Below are positions 22,850-36,288 of a stretch of DNA of 64,000 nucleotides, piece by piece. The stretch's first letter is position 1, and every line of letters begins with the position of its first letter. The position numbers were made by a program, and so were the translations under genes. The notes under the pieces were generated by a model. It searched no databases and was not told the origin of the DNA. It saw only the letters and a program-made list of their open reading frames with translations. Source of the stretch: Octopus bimaculoides (Eukaryota); contig NC_068987.1 in NCBI RefSeq assembly GCF_001194135.2, positions 105,466,830 through 105,530,829 of the forward strand, read 5' to 3'.

Positions 22850-24349
22850 GGCTACTCGGAACGCTATAAGCCTTACAATAATAACAATGTGATCGCTGCT
22901 ATTTCTAGCACGCTAAACAAGATAATTTTTAACGAGCTTTTATATATAATATGCGACTGAAAAAGAAAATTTAGCAGCAAAGGCACAACAGCAAAGAGAA
23001 AGACGAGCAACTGAATCAGATGAAGCCAGGGTAAAGCGACTGAAACAGATGCCTGAGGATGCACGGAGACGTAGACATGATTCTCTTTCCACTACACATG
23101 ACTGACTGGTTAGGTATCTCGAGAGGAGAATATTCTACTTCAAAATAATGGTGTCAGATCACAAATTGTTGATGCAACACCAATGACATCTTTTCTTTGC
23201 GATCATGTGGAAGTAGTGGAGTTGCCAACCAATCTAAGACTTCTTCCTGAAGGTCATTCTGATGAAAGAGAGTTTGCTAATTACCTTCTTGGTGTAGGAA
23301 ATGGTAATATTTCTGTTGAACAAAGCCTAGGTGAATTCAAAATCAAATTACCCAATGACCTTTGCCTTGAAAGTGGTTCTCTTTCAGATCTGTAAGATTT
23401 TGTATATACTGACCTCAAATATAACTTCACAAACTCTGTGTGGTTTGCAAACAGAACCATTGTTACTCCAATAAATGAAGCAGCACAATTTGTGAATGAT
23501 TTTCTGTTGAACAGGATCCCTGGTGAGCTAAAAATATACGGAATCTTAGATACAATTGATAATGAAACTCTGTATCCAATCGAGTTCACCAACAAACTTA
23601 CACCATCAGGGTTTCCACTGCACATTTTCAAACGGAAGGAAAAATGATGCATAATGCTTCTGAGAAATTTAGATGCTACTAATGGACATTGCAATGACAC
23701 ACACTTCATCATTGTCAGTTTACATGATCATATTTTGAAACTGAGTTTGCTTCTGGTCCTTATGCAGGATCAACCCTGCTAATTCCAATAGTATCACATG
23801 TATCTCAAGAAATGGAATTTCCATTCACATTTACGGGCAAACTATTTCCTGTCAAGCCAGCTTTTGCCTTGACGTGCAACAAGGTACAGGGACAGACTTT
23901 TGAAGAAATTGGAATATATCTTCCGACACAATTCTTCTCGCATGGTCAGCAGTATGTTGCATTATCTAATGCAAAAATATTGGCTGAGAGAAACGGAAAC
24001 TGTATGATTACTGACAATTGTGTCTACAAGGAGATACTACTTTAAAGCAAAATATGCTTTTAGCAAGTTTCAGGAAATAGAATTAACACATAAATTATAT
24101 GTAAAGTAACATATTGGCATATTTCAACACATGCCGAATGAATGATATTGTTATATTAGATCGTTTTAAATTTGGGTATATTTGAAAAAGGCAACGTCAT
24201 TCCCATGTTTCCTCACAGCACCAAACTTTTGTGTGCATGTGTGTCTGTGCGCATGTGTGTATATCCATCCATCCATTCATCCATCCATCCATCCATCCAT
24301 CCATCCATCCATCCATCTATCTATATATCTATCTATCTATATCTATCTT

Positions 24350-24401
<52 letters not shown>

Positions 24402-24650
24402 AGATCAACCAACTACTAATGTAAGTTCTACCAATTATTAATGATAAATATATATAACAGACTGACTCTTTAAAAAAGAGAGATTATGACTGTGAAAAAA
24501 TAATGAAAGCAATATTTATTAACAAAGTGAGCACTCTTATACAAAGAAATAATTAGACGTAAAATATAGAAATTATTAGAATTGGGAATCAAATTTGGAA
24601 TTGGGAATCAAATTAGCATAAAACCGCCCGGAGGGTGGTCTTTCTGCTAA
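22850..24650 (+). mobile_element. Internally deleted Helitron (5' end uncertain, possibly upstream to about 22160)
   Basis: Basic/acidic N-terminal remnant RRRATESDEARVKRLKQMPEDARRRR, then PIF1-type helicase C-terminus; 3' hairpin ACCGCCC-GGA-GGGTGGT (24623-24639) followed by CTAA|T (24647-24651). Confidence 0.75.
23150..24045 (+). pseudogene. Helitron PIF1-like helicase C-terminal pseudogene
   Basis: LPTNLRL, FANYLLGVGNG, YPIEFTNKLTPSGFP, IMLLRNL..TNGHCN, FPVKPAFALTCNKVQGQT, FSHGQQYVALS, NCVYKEIL; stops at 23393-23395 and 23645-23647 and a frameshift near 23735. Confidence 0.88.
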
Positions 24651-24674
24651 TATATATATATATCTATCTATCTA

Positions 24675-24722
<48 letters not shown>

Positions 24723-24764
24723 GTAGAAGCACCTCTTTATGTATGTACAAACACACACACACAC

Positions 24765-24812
<48 letters not shown>

Positions 24813-25726
24813 TCACTGCTCTCCTCGTCAATTGAATCTTCTTCATAAGGCCTTAGTGAAAGGTAGACTATCGGAGAAGACAATGGAATCGAACTCGAAA
24901 CCACATGTTACTAAACAGCTTTGTAGTTGTTAACTACAGTTGCGCTTGTGTCTATAAATATCATGTTTGTGTATGGTACTAGCCATCTTCTTTCACATAC
25001 TCTCCGGTTGCGATAAAAGTGAAAAATGATTTTTACTTAGTCAATCTCTATGAACTATGTCTATAAAAGTTGGTTCTGTCTTGTAGACATCATCAGGCTG
25101 TGTATTGAATGAGTACCTACATGATGTATATGTCTGATCAGCGTTATATATGTAGCCTGATGTTGTTGCTGAAGGCAGTGAGTTTGCGGCTTTAGATAAG
25201 TTTGAGGGCTTCTAAAATAAGCTGCTCTCTCATCAGTGAATATTTGAATAATATAATCATAATTAGCGTTAAACTGATGTAATCAAACGAGCCACAAGAG
25301 AAAATCCCTAAAACAGTTGACTGACCTTAATGTATTATTACGCTCTGATAGCCTGCAAGAGAATATCTTTAAAGACAATTGCATTACATTATGTGGCCGA
25401 AAATATTTGCATAACTTCATTTTAATTCTAATGCAGCAGAATTATGCTGTTATATAGAGATACAAGTCTGTCCAGGAATAGTATCCGATCCTTGTATTAT
25501 TCGAACGGCGTAAGACTCTGAAGTAATTTTCATCGCTTCATTTCATATCACTGCATCCAGCATTCCTGTCTTCATGGCTGTGGTTCACTACAATGCAAAT
25601 ATTACTCACACATCATATTAATATATATATATATACATATGTATACATATATATATGTATATATATGAACACACTAATATATGCGTCATATACATGTTTA
25701 TATACATATTTATGCATATCATATGA

Positions 25727-25779
<53 letters not shown>

Positions 25780-26060
25780 NNNNNNNNNNNNNNNNNNNNN
25801 NNNNNNNNNNNNNNNNNNNNNNNNNNNNNNNNNNNNNNNNNNNNNNNNNNNNNNNNNNNNNNNNNNNNNNNNNNNNNNNNNNNNNNNNNNNNNNNNNNNN
25901 NNNNNNNNNNNNNNNNNNNNNNNNNNNNNNNNNNNNNNNNNNNNNNNNNNNNNNNNNNNNNNNNNNNNNNNNNNNNNNNNNNNNNNNNNNNNNNNNNNNN
26001 NNNNNNNNNNNNNNNNNNNNNNNNNNNNNNNNNNNNNNNNNNNNNNNNNNNNNNNNNNNN

Positions 26061-26096
<36 letters not shown>

Positions 26097-26103
26097 CCTG
26101 CGT

Positions 26104-26150
<47 letters not shown>

Positions 26151-27118
26151 CGTGTATATACACACATTGACACACAACATATGCACGCATGTTTGTGTAT
26201 GTGCTTATAAGTATGTAGCGCATATGTGTTAAAAGGTGCACCTTTTCCTAGCAGCACACAAATTCGAAAGATAAGGTTATATAACGAATTTAGTTTGTGC
26301 ATTTATGAATGTAAAATATATCTCGTCTCTTGTCTCGAGTATTCCGTATACACACACACGCACACACACACAAACAAAGACAAACACATACAGACGCACG
26401 CGCGCGCGCACACATCATATATGTATACATATGTATGTATATATATATATTTACGTACATATATAATACATGTATAGCCTGTATATGATGTGTGTAGGGT
26501 GTGCGTACGCATGTACGCATGTGTGCATATACATACATACATTTACGTATACATGCATATATACATATACATACATACACACACATACATACACACACAT
26601 ATACGTATACATATAAACATATACACAAATAATTATGCATGTATGCATTATATTATATAAGTCAATAAGCATTAAGAGAACCTTTTGTAGAGAACGATTG
26701 AAATATTTACTTGTTAATGAGCTGAATAGAATTATTAATGTGCTGGTGACCAATGTTTTGCTATAAGAAGTAGACACTAGTCTGAGCCTGTGGTGGTGCT
26801 GCATTTCATTAGAGCTCGCTGGAAGAGAAACGAAATATTTAAGATAGTCACTGGGAAATTTTGTACTTCAAAAACCATTGAAACTAACAAACCTTCTGCA
26901 TATTTAAATGAGCTTAGTCTCATTTTTTTTTTCTGAGAAATTTCTATTTTATACAAGATTCTATCGAATGGCCAACCTGAGTATTCTGTTTCTATTCAAC
27001 CAAGTCTGACCAATGTAAGACAACAATAGATGCAGTGTTTGGCCAGCATCTTACAAGAAACCAACGGTAAACATGCAGATGATCAATTGTACTATAATCG
27101 TTATAAAGGGAATACAAA

Positions 27119-27164
<46 letters not shown>

Positions 27165-27299
27165 CATGCATACATAGATACATACATATATTGATATATC
27201 TGTATACATATGTGTACTTATATATGTACATGTATGTACATCTATGTGTACATATGTATATGCATATATATATGTGTGTATGTATATATATATACATAC

Positions 27300-27338
<39 letters not shown>

Positions 27339-27569
27339 TAAAAGTCGAACGATGAAAATGAATGCTTAACACCTCATTGGTGGATATAATTTCTTTATTT
27401 GTGAATTAAGGCTACCACTTGTTTCATGTTACGAAAAGCAGGAAAATATCCTAGAGTCTTAATTTTTCAAACTGATCACATGGAGAAGGGCGTTCGCCCC
27501 CATTTTGGAAAATACACCCTCGTTTAGTTCGCGGGGAGTCTCCTGAATTCTCGTGAATAAAACAATTAA

Positions 27570-27860
27570 TCAAGAAATGTTACTCTTGGGTGGCATCTTT
27601 TGATTTGACTTTTGGGCAAACTGTTGTGTGGTCAATTTATTTGCATTATTTTGTTTTTGCTCTGGGTGTGGTGTTCTTATACTTGTGTGTTGAGGTACTT
27701 CATCATTGGGGAATATTTCTTCTGTGTGGAGTTTGAGTGTAAGATATTGCTTGTGTATGCAGGGAGAGAAGGTTTCATCCCTAATGCTTAGGATGTTATC
27801 TGTTATTTCCAGCAGGTAGACATACTTAGTATGTCCTTTGATTAATTTTTGATTAATCCT
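27570..27860 (-). pseudogene. Possible Penelope-like RT relic
   Basis: A/C-rich minus strand with a 96-codon open stretch containing ITDNILSIRDETF...EEIFP, a possible decayed YIDDILSI...F...IYP. Confidence 0.3.
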
Positions 27861-27964
27861 TCAGCTATTTAATGTTTTTTGGGGTTTGCAGTCGCCTATA
27901 TTATCGATTGTGTTATTATCAATGTTAAATTGTTACACTAAATAATAACAGAGTCAACGATATC

Positions 27965-28154
27965 TTTAGTCTAGCAAATCGATCCCAGGACTTATTCTTT
28001 GTAAGCCTAGTACTTATTTTATCGGTCTTTTGCCGAACCGCTATGTTGCGGGGACGTAAACACACCAACATCGGTTGTCAAGTGATGGTGGAGGACAAAC
28101 GGAAACACACAAACACACACGCATACACGCACGCACACACACACACGCACATAC

Positions 28155-28194
<40 letters not shown>

Positions 28195-28346
28195 GACGGG
28201 CTTCTTTCAGTTTCCGTCTACCAAATCCACTCACAAGGCTTTGGTCGACCCAAGGCTACAGTAGAAGACACCTGGACAAAGTTCCACGCAGTGGGACTGA
28301 ACCTGGAACCATGTGGTTGGTCAGCAAGCTACTTACCGCACAGCCA
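27965..28346 (-). mobile_element. SINE family A, near full length, with (CA)n spacer
   Basis: Both halves are recognisable on the minus strand. Confidence 0.9.
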
Positions 28347-28369
28347 ATTATGTGTGTGTGTGTGTGTGC

Positions 28370-28580
28370 TTGTCCCATACGACCGCTTGAAAAACGTTGT
28401 TGGTGGGCTTACGTCCCCGTTCGGCAAAAAAGTGCCTGAAAGAATAAATACTAGGTTGAAAAACAAAAATAAACAAAAAAAAAAACAAAAACACAACCCC
28501 CCCCCAAAAAAAAACAGTACTGGCGTCGATTCGCTCAACTAAAATTCTCCAAAACAATGCCTCGGCATGGCCGTACTCTA
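28370..28580 (+). mobile_element. SINE family A, 3' half, decayed
   Basis: TTACGTCCCCGTTCGGCAAAA...GAATAAATACTAGG...GGCATGGCCG. Confidence 0.7.
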
Positions 28581-28973
28581 CTGGAGGAAACACATTTTAT
28601 GTATACATATTAGTCCACTTCCAATAAGATGATGATGTGACTAAAAGAAAAAAAATCGACAGAAGATCTTTAGTAAAATAACAAAACGTATATTTATCGA
28701 TTTTATCGATTTTAAATTTTGTTTATATAGACAATTTAAGTGATTGTAGCTTCCTCTATTGCTGACTTTATTTCTAACATAAACACATACGCGCACGCGT
28801 CCGCACATACACACACGTGCGCACGCACTCTCATGCACATAGAAATATGCTCTAGCATACAGGCCTCCGTGTAGCATCAGATCATTAATGTTGTTTGATC
28901 CTTGAAGCTTTTTTATTACGCACATACGTACACATAAATACTCCCACACATGCACAGACATAGAGCATACTCT

Positions 28974-29442
28974 CTCTGTGTCTCTCTGTGTCTCTCTGTG
29001 TCTCTCTGTCTCTGTATCTCTCTCTGTGTCTCTGTGTCTCTCTCTGTGTCTCTCTCTGTGTCTCTTTGTGTCTCTGCATCTCTCTCTGTGTCTCTGTGTC
29101 TCTCTCTGTGTCTCTCTCTGTTTCTCTCTCTGTGTCTCTCTCTGTGTCTCTTTGTGTCTCTGCATCTCTCTGTGTGTCTCTCTCTGTGTCTCTGCATCTC
29201 TCTCTGTGTCTCTCTCTGTGTCTCTGCATCTCTCTCTGTGTCTCTGTGTCTCTCTCTGTGTCTCTCTCTGTGTCTCTCTCTGTGTCTCTCTCTCTGTGTC
29301 TCTGCATCTCTCTCTCTGTCTCTGTGTCTCTCTCTGTGCCTCTGTGTCTCTCTCTGTTTCTCTCTGTGTGTCTCTCTGTGTGTCTCTTTGTGTCTCTGTG
29401 TCTCTCTATGTGTCTCTGTGTCTCTCTTCTGTGTGTGTGTGT

Positions 29443-29500
<58 letters not shown>

Positions 29501-29545
29501 CTCTTTCTCTCTGTGTCTCTTTCTCTCTGTGTCTCTTTCTCTCTG
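28974..29545. repeat. Compound CT/GT minisatellite (TCTCTCTGTG-like units)
   Basis: About 570 bp built from TCTCTCTGTG/TCTCTGTG units, with recurrent CTGCAT and TTTGTG variants. Confidence 0.9.
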
Positions 29546-29889
29546 TGTCCCCTCACTCTCTCTCTCTCACACACACACACTCATATACAAACACGCACAA
29601 ACACACACACACACACAGCTACTTGGTAGTTGAAACTAAATATTTGCGATTAAAATTCCTTGAAGTTTACGGCAGTTTCTGTATGAGTGTACGAATTATT
29701 GTTTGTATACAGAAGGCAAAATTCTTCCAAAATTGCTCATTGAAGATTAAAAAAAATTCAGGACATATTGAACAATCATATTCCGAAGTCCATTCTGTTG
29801 TATAGAAAGTGATCAAGAAACATGATGATCACGGCCAGAAGGCCTTTGATCAAACGTTTATTTAATCATGGCTGAATCTGGTGCTAGAT

Positions 29890-29940
<51 letters not shown>

Positions 29941-30015
29941 GTCATCATCATCAACATTACCATCACCATCATCGTCATCCTGATCGTTATCATCATCGTC
30001 ATCATCACCATCATC
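29890..30015. repeat. (CAT)n microsatellite
   Basis: Perfect, then degenerate, CAT run. Confidence 0.95.
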
Positions 30016-30094
30016 GTCGTAGTTGTTGTCCACTCCCTCCCCCTCCCCTCCCCTCCCCCTTCTCCTACTATTTATAGAAGATCAAGCCAGCTTC

Positions 30095-30510
30095 AGTGTG
30101 GCTGTGTGGTAAGAAGTTTGCATCCCAACCACATGGTTTCGGGTTCAACCCTACCGTGTGACACCTTGTATGAGTGTCTTCTGCTATAGCCTCGGGTTGA
30201 CCAAAGCTTCGTGAGCGGACTTTGTAGAAGGAAACTGAAAGAAGCCTGTCGTACATACCCCCACACACACACCCACACCCGCACACACGTATGTATATGT
30301 GTGTGTGTATTTGTGTCTTTGTCCCCCACCCACCCACTGCTTGACAGTCGGTGTTAGTGTATTTACATACCCGTAGCTAGCGGGCAAAATAGACCGATAA
30401 AATAAGTACCAGGCTTAAAAAAAAGTACTGGGGTCGATTAATTCGACTGAAAATTCTTCAAAGCGATGCCCCGGCATGGCCGCAGTCTAGTGACTAAAAC
30501 AAGTAGTAAA
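30095..30510 (+). mobile_element. SINE family A, full length, diverged
   Basis: GTGGCTGTGTGGTAAGAAG...GGCATGGCCGCAGTCTAGTGACTAAAACAAG. Confidence 0.85.
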
Positions 30511-30659
30511 TAAATTAAAAATATCGAAGCTCTCTCCTTTTCTCGTGCCTTTCCACCGACTTTAAATTGAGTTTTGTAGTATTTATCCTCAGATCACTTC
30601 TGTTCGAGCAGACCTGTGATCAAAACTATTCCTGTCGTAATTTTTAAAGCGACCTTGCT

Positions 30660-30824
30660 GGGCGCCGGAGTAGCTGTGTGGTAAGTAGCTTGCTTACCAA
30701 CGACATGGTTCCGGGTTCAGTCCCATTGCGTGTCATCTTGGGCAAGTGTTTCTACTATAGCCTCGGGCTGGCCTCCTGATAATTAATCGATATTAATTAA
30801 TATATGACTAATTACAAGATTTTA

Positions 30825-30883
<59 letters not shown>

Positions 30884-31088
30884 ATGTTGTGTATCTGTGT
30901 TTGTCCCCCCAACATCGTTTGACAACCAATGCTGGTGTGTTTAGGTCCCCGTAACTTAGTGGTTCGGCAAAAGAGGACGATAGAATAAGTACTAGGCTTA
31001 CAAAGAATAAGTCCTGGGGTCGATTTGATTCGACTAAAGGTGGTGCTCCAGCATGGCCGCAGTCAAATGACTGAAAAAAATAATAATA
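30660..31088 (+). mobile_element. SINE family A with the middle segment replaced by AT-rich sequence
   Basis: Head 30660-30772, unrelated AT-rich sequence of about 55 bp plus (TA)/(TG), 3' half about 30890-31088. Confidence 0.85.
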
Positions 31089-31754
31089 AGCGACCATATG
31101 TATGCTCTCTCGTTAGTTCGTAAATTTTTGGTTTAGAGAGAAAATTCAATGTAGCTGGGAAAATGACAAATAAGTAACAATGAAGCTAGTATCACCTTGA
31201 TTTAATCATTGTTGAAATATATGTGGCAACGTTTGAAGAGCAAAATCCTTTCAATGGAATGAGAAGAGGAAACTGATATTTTTGCATAACGGTAGAGCAT
31301 ATATAGAAATTTGTGTTTTCATCAGTAATTCATTTAATTAATTAATCAGACAGAAGATTCTTTCTTTGTTATTTTTATATGTAGTCTTCGACACTAGGAT
31401 CCACTGAGGTTTGTTATATATTTGGGTCTTTTGACCTTTTTGAAAGTCAATATCTTCTTATAAAGTCAATTTAATTGTTGACGCTAATCAGAGAAAAACA
31501 AATCTGTGTTTGCTGGAGTAACTTATTACAAATAATTGTCAAAAGATAGATAATCTTAAAGCTCTATTAAAACTAAATCTACAAGAATTACTTTGAAGTT
31601 AAGTGATTTGCCTTACAAAGTTTAGATTTATTTATATTATCAGGCTATCAGGGATCATTTGTTCAAATGTGAATGTTGAGTGTTACGAAAAGTTTATCGT
31701 TAGAGCACTCATCTCTTGAGAATACAGTGATGTCTATTTAAATCTGTGACTTGG

Positions 31755-31880
31755 CTACGAAGCTAGCGAGTTGGTAGAGACTCGGTTTGAATGTTTTGTA
31801 TTCGTCCCGGCTTTTTGAGTTCAAATCTCACCGAAGTCAATTTTTCCTGTAATGTCTTGGAGGCGGTTAAATAAAATAAT
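31755..31880 (+). mobile_element. SINE family B, decayed 5' portion
   Basis: AGCGAGTTGGTAGAG...TTGAGTTCAAATCTCACCGAAGTCAA. Confidence 0.6.
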
Positions 31881-33790
31881 ATAGTCACATATTGGATTCG
31901 TTTCTTTTCTTCTTTCCTCCCTACCCCACTCTCTCTTAGAATTTGCTTACACCGATAAGATGGTATCTCGTAAATAGCACCCTCCAAAAAAAAAAAAAGC
32001 CACGGGAAACCATCGCTGTATTTTCCAATCAAAATTCCATAACTAACATATGTTGCTTGTCAAAGAAGTCACTAGGGTGGTTCTACAACCTAATGCCGCA
32101 TCTTTTCCTTAATACATGTTTGCTAGTAATAAGTACGTCAAACTGACTTGTACTTAGTCAAGAATGTTCTGTAGTTCAAATTACACATTCTTCGAAATGC
32201 TTTTATCAAATTAGACGCTTTCAAAATAATTATGCCTGATCACTTTAAGAAAAGAAGTTTATATAAACGGTCACTTCAATGATGATGCCCTGTCGTATCC
32301 GAAAATGATTTAAACCCTTTGCAAGTATTTCCTATCAGACCGCATACACAAATTCTCATTTTCAAAAATGAACTAAGAGAAATAACTCAGAGTAGTCTGT
32401 AGTAAGTCTATGAACAGCTTAGACAAATACATGTATACCAAACACATGCAAAATAAATTCTTAGAGGTTGTGTCACAATTACCAAATGGCATTTAAAACC
32501 AACACCACATGAGATGGGTAGATAATCTCAGAAATCAAGAATTCTCCAAAAGTTGACATGCTGTTAAGGAAAAGGAGTGGCATTTTGTTTGGAGATAAGA
32601 GGAGAGTTGAGGACGTGTTTAATTTACGCAAAATATCCTGGCAAAAAAAGCGTTCTACTCTTCTTTCTTTACATGTCTATGTCCCTTGGCTACTGGAGAT
32701 AAGTTCATTGGTCATACTTACACACACTCACGCACACACAAACACAAACACAAACACAAACACACGTGCACGACCACACAAATATGCGCTAACAGCTCAC
32801 TTTATTTATTAGCGACTGAGGCAGCATTAATACCCAGAGGTAATATCTCCATTTAAACGTGGAGGTTCTGTTAGAACAAACAATACTACGGAGTTACCAC
32901 GAGAAAAACTCCCATTTTGGTGCAAAATGCACTCTTGTTTATATCATTAGCGGGGAGAAAAATCCCCCTGCCTCCAGCTCTGAGACCACCATATCACGTG
33001 ATTTCGACCTTCCTTGGCCCTGTCAATGATGGACGCTCGATCACTTAAGATAGTTGAATCGCTGTCAGTCAGAAGTACTACGAAAACCTTCATGCATGAA
33101 GAAGGATACATCGAGACACACCTAGCTGTGATTTGCTATAGCTTAATCTTTAATTTACTTTCACTTTCCGGATAAAGTTTAAATTAGGGGATACGCACCA
33201 ACAATAATAAAAGAAAAGCACTAAAGAACAACAACAAATACTCTAAAGATCCCAGAATATTTGGTCTAGTAAGAAATACATTGCACCAACCCCCGTCCGC
33301 TTCTCAGATAAATTATATTCGATGGAGTTATTCTTACTTTTAATGTAATCAACTTATAAGAAAACACCAACAAGTATAGAAACAAACCCAAGTGCATTTG
33401 TCTGTTTAAGTTTTTCTTCGGTATAAATCAGAAGAAATCTGATTAGCAAGAAGTTAGCTTCTTCAGCAATAATCTAATGATGTCGGCACTTTGACATTTA
33501 GATTTCCACCTAGCAGCGTCTAAAGATCCGTTAGAAAAATCCAGTCCACACGACCTTTTATTTCATGTAATTCTAAGATCACAAACAAATGTCATATTAC
33601 TGTATTTTATCTTATTAGTGTCACTTTATATATATATATAATCAATATTAAAATATATATGCATATAATGTATGTACGTATATACACATGCTTATACATG
33701 CGACCATACATACATGCATACATACATACATACATACAGAGAATTAATAAATATATATATATACATCATATATCATGCATACATATACAA

Positions 33791-33865
<75 letters not shown>

Positions 33866-34577
33866 TAATATATACATACATACACACATATATATATAAA
33901 CACATATGTGTATATATATATATATATATGCACATACTTACACGTATGTGTCTGTGTGTGCGTATGTATGAATTTGTAAGTGTATTTACTTTTGCAAAGG
34001 TTCCTGTTTTGCTTTACTGTTGTTTCCGCCATAGTTTCCTTGTTTTCTTTCCTTTCTCGTCATCATCATCATCACAGGTACCACAACCCATATTACCACC
34101 ACCATATCATAACACCAAGTAACATTACTCTCACTGCCCCTACCACTTCAACCTAATACCCCTCCACCGCATCATCATCATCATTGCCATCATCATCACC
34201 ACCACTGCCATCATCATCAAAACGATCGTCATAATGGACCACATTTCTATTTCCGATAAATATCATTATTAGCCTGTCTCTTTCTCTTTCATATTCTACT
34301 TTTCTACATCTTTCATCTTTTCGTCTTCTTTCACTTTGGACATCTTGTCTTTATGATCTATTTTACACCCACCTAATTATGTATATACATAGATACACAT
34401 GAATGTGTGTGTATATATAAACGTATATAACGCGATATACACACATATATATATATACATGCATACACACACACATACGCTCGTATGTGTGTGTGTTTGT
34501 CAATACATATCCTTCATTTGTAGTATCTGTCTCTTCTGTTTCTCTGTTGCGCTGTTTTGTTATTGATTTCACTAATG

Positions 34578-35476
34578 ACTCTTCTTCTTCTTCTTCTTCT
34601 TCTTCTTCTTCTTCTTCTTCTTCTTCTTCTTCTCCTTCTTCTCTTTCTTCTTCTTCTTCTTCTTCTTCTTCTTCTTCTTCTTCTTCTTCTTCTTCTCTTT
34701 CTTCTTCTTCTTCTTCTTCTTCTTCTTCTTCTTCTTCTTCTCTTTCTTNNNNNNNNNNNNNNNNNNNNNNNNNNNNNNNNNNNNNNNNNNNNNNNNNNNN
34801 NNNNNNNNNNNNNNNNNNNNNNNNNNNNNNNNNNNNNNNNNNNNNNNNNNNNNNNNNNNNNNNNNNNNNNNNNNNNNNNNNNNNNNNNNNNNNNNNNNNN
34901 NNNNNNNNNNNNNNNNNNNNNNNNNNNNNNNNNNNNNNNNNNNNNNNNNNNNNNNNNNNNNNNNNNNNNNNNNNNNNNNNNNNNNNNNNNNNNNNNNNNN
35001 NNNNNNNNNNNNNNNNNNNNNNNNNNNNNNNNNNNNNNNNNNNNNNNNNNNNNNNNNNNNNNNNNNNNNNNNNNNNNNNNNNNNNNNNNNNNNNNNNNNN
35101 NNNNNNNNNNNNNNNNNNNNNNNNNNNNNNNNNNNNNNNNNNNNNNNNNNNNNNNNNNNNNNNNNNNNNNNNNNNNNNNNNNNNNNNNNNNNNNNNNNNN
35201 NNNNNNNNNNNNNNNNNNNNNNNNNNNNNNNNNNNNNNNNNNNNNNNNNNNNNNNNNNNNNNNNNNNNNNNNNNNNNNNNNNNNNNNNNNNNNNNNNNNN
35301 NNNNNNNNNNNNNNNNNNNNNNNNNNNNNNNNNNNNNNNNNNNNNNNNNNNNNNNNTTCTTCTTCTTCTTCTTCTTCTTCTTCTTCTTCTTCTTCTTCTT
35401 CTTCTTCTCTTTCTTCTTCTTCTTCTTCTTCTTCTTCTTCTTCTTCTTCTTCTTCTTCTTCTTCTTCTTCTTCTTC
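34578..35476. repeat. (CTT)n microsatellite spanning an assembly gap
   Basis: CTT runs on both sides of the N-run 34749-35356. Confidence 0.9.
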
Positions 35477-35629
35477 TGTCCCTCCATTATCATCATCATC
35501 CTTGTTATTGTTGTTGTCTTTCTATATTATATTATCCATCCATCCATTCATCCATCCATTCATCCATCTATTCTCACGTGCGCGCACGCACGCACACACA
35601 CACACACACACACATTTAACGTACTTGAC

Positions 35630-35760
35630 CCCGCCGAGTGGCACTGCTCAGGTGTCGAAACCTTAGTGATATCTGTGTGGCAGCTGATGATGGGAACACA
35701 TATTTGCTATGCTTCTTTGTAGATTTTTATGTCTTCGTGTTTTTTATGCATATATTCGTG
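35630..35760 (+). repeat. Unclassified repeat fragment related to 7520-7715
   Basis: GTCGAAACCTTAG...GTGGCAGCTGATGA. Confidence 0.35.
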
Positions 35761-36255
35761 TCGTGCATCTTGAATAGTGATGGGATTGCGATCCTCGCTG
35801 ACAGGCCCCTAATATATTACTCCAGTCACTTAATTCAGGACTAGTAACTTCGGTGGTCAAAAGTTGTGATGTCACTTAGGTGTAGTAGTTAGTTTGGTAG
35901 TAGCTTCGATGTAGTGGTTATCAAAGCTAAACCGTTTACAGTGGACGCAGTGTTCAACTCTCGCAAGCGAAATAAAGATAGAGGTGGTTGCGACGTTGGT
36001 GAAGTCTGTTGCTGTGCTTTGTGGTGACGTTGACGATTTTGACAACGAAGTAATGTTAAAAGAAAAATATAGTGAAAGCAATACTAACAGAAGAAACAAA
36101 AATATGTGCAAGTCAAGAAACACACACAAAAACACACACACACATACTTACTCAACCCAATATGTGTTCTAGTCCTTTTGCATATGTCTAAGTGTCTCGT
36201 TTGCCGAAGATTAAGCTATCGAATGCGTGTGTGTATATATTTATATAATCACACA

Positions 36256-36288
<33 letters not shown>

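Noticed and set aside
25190-25240. Minus-strand CTGATGA-GAGAGC...GCCCTC-AAAC
   Set aside because: G12 and the NUH/helix I elements are missing; single occurrence.
28641-29805. ORFs of 170-275 aa (RETQRD / SLCVSL repeats), and similar YI/HT/CV/poly-S/poly-H ORFs throughout
   Set aside because: Translations of micro- and minisatellites, open on several frames and both strands.
32950-33060. Mariner PPYSPDLAP-like remnant
   Set aside because: Only PPY and GP words match and frameshifts are needed; insufficient.
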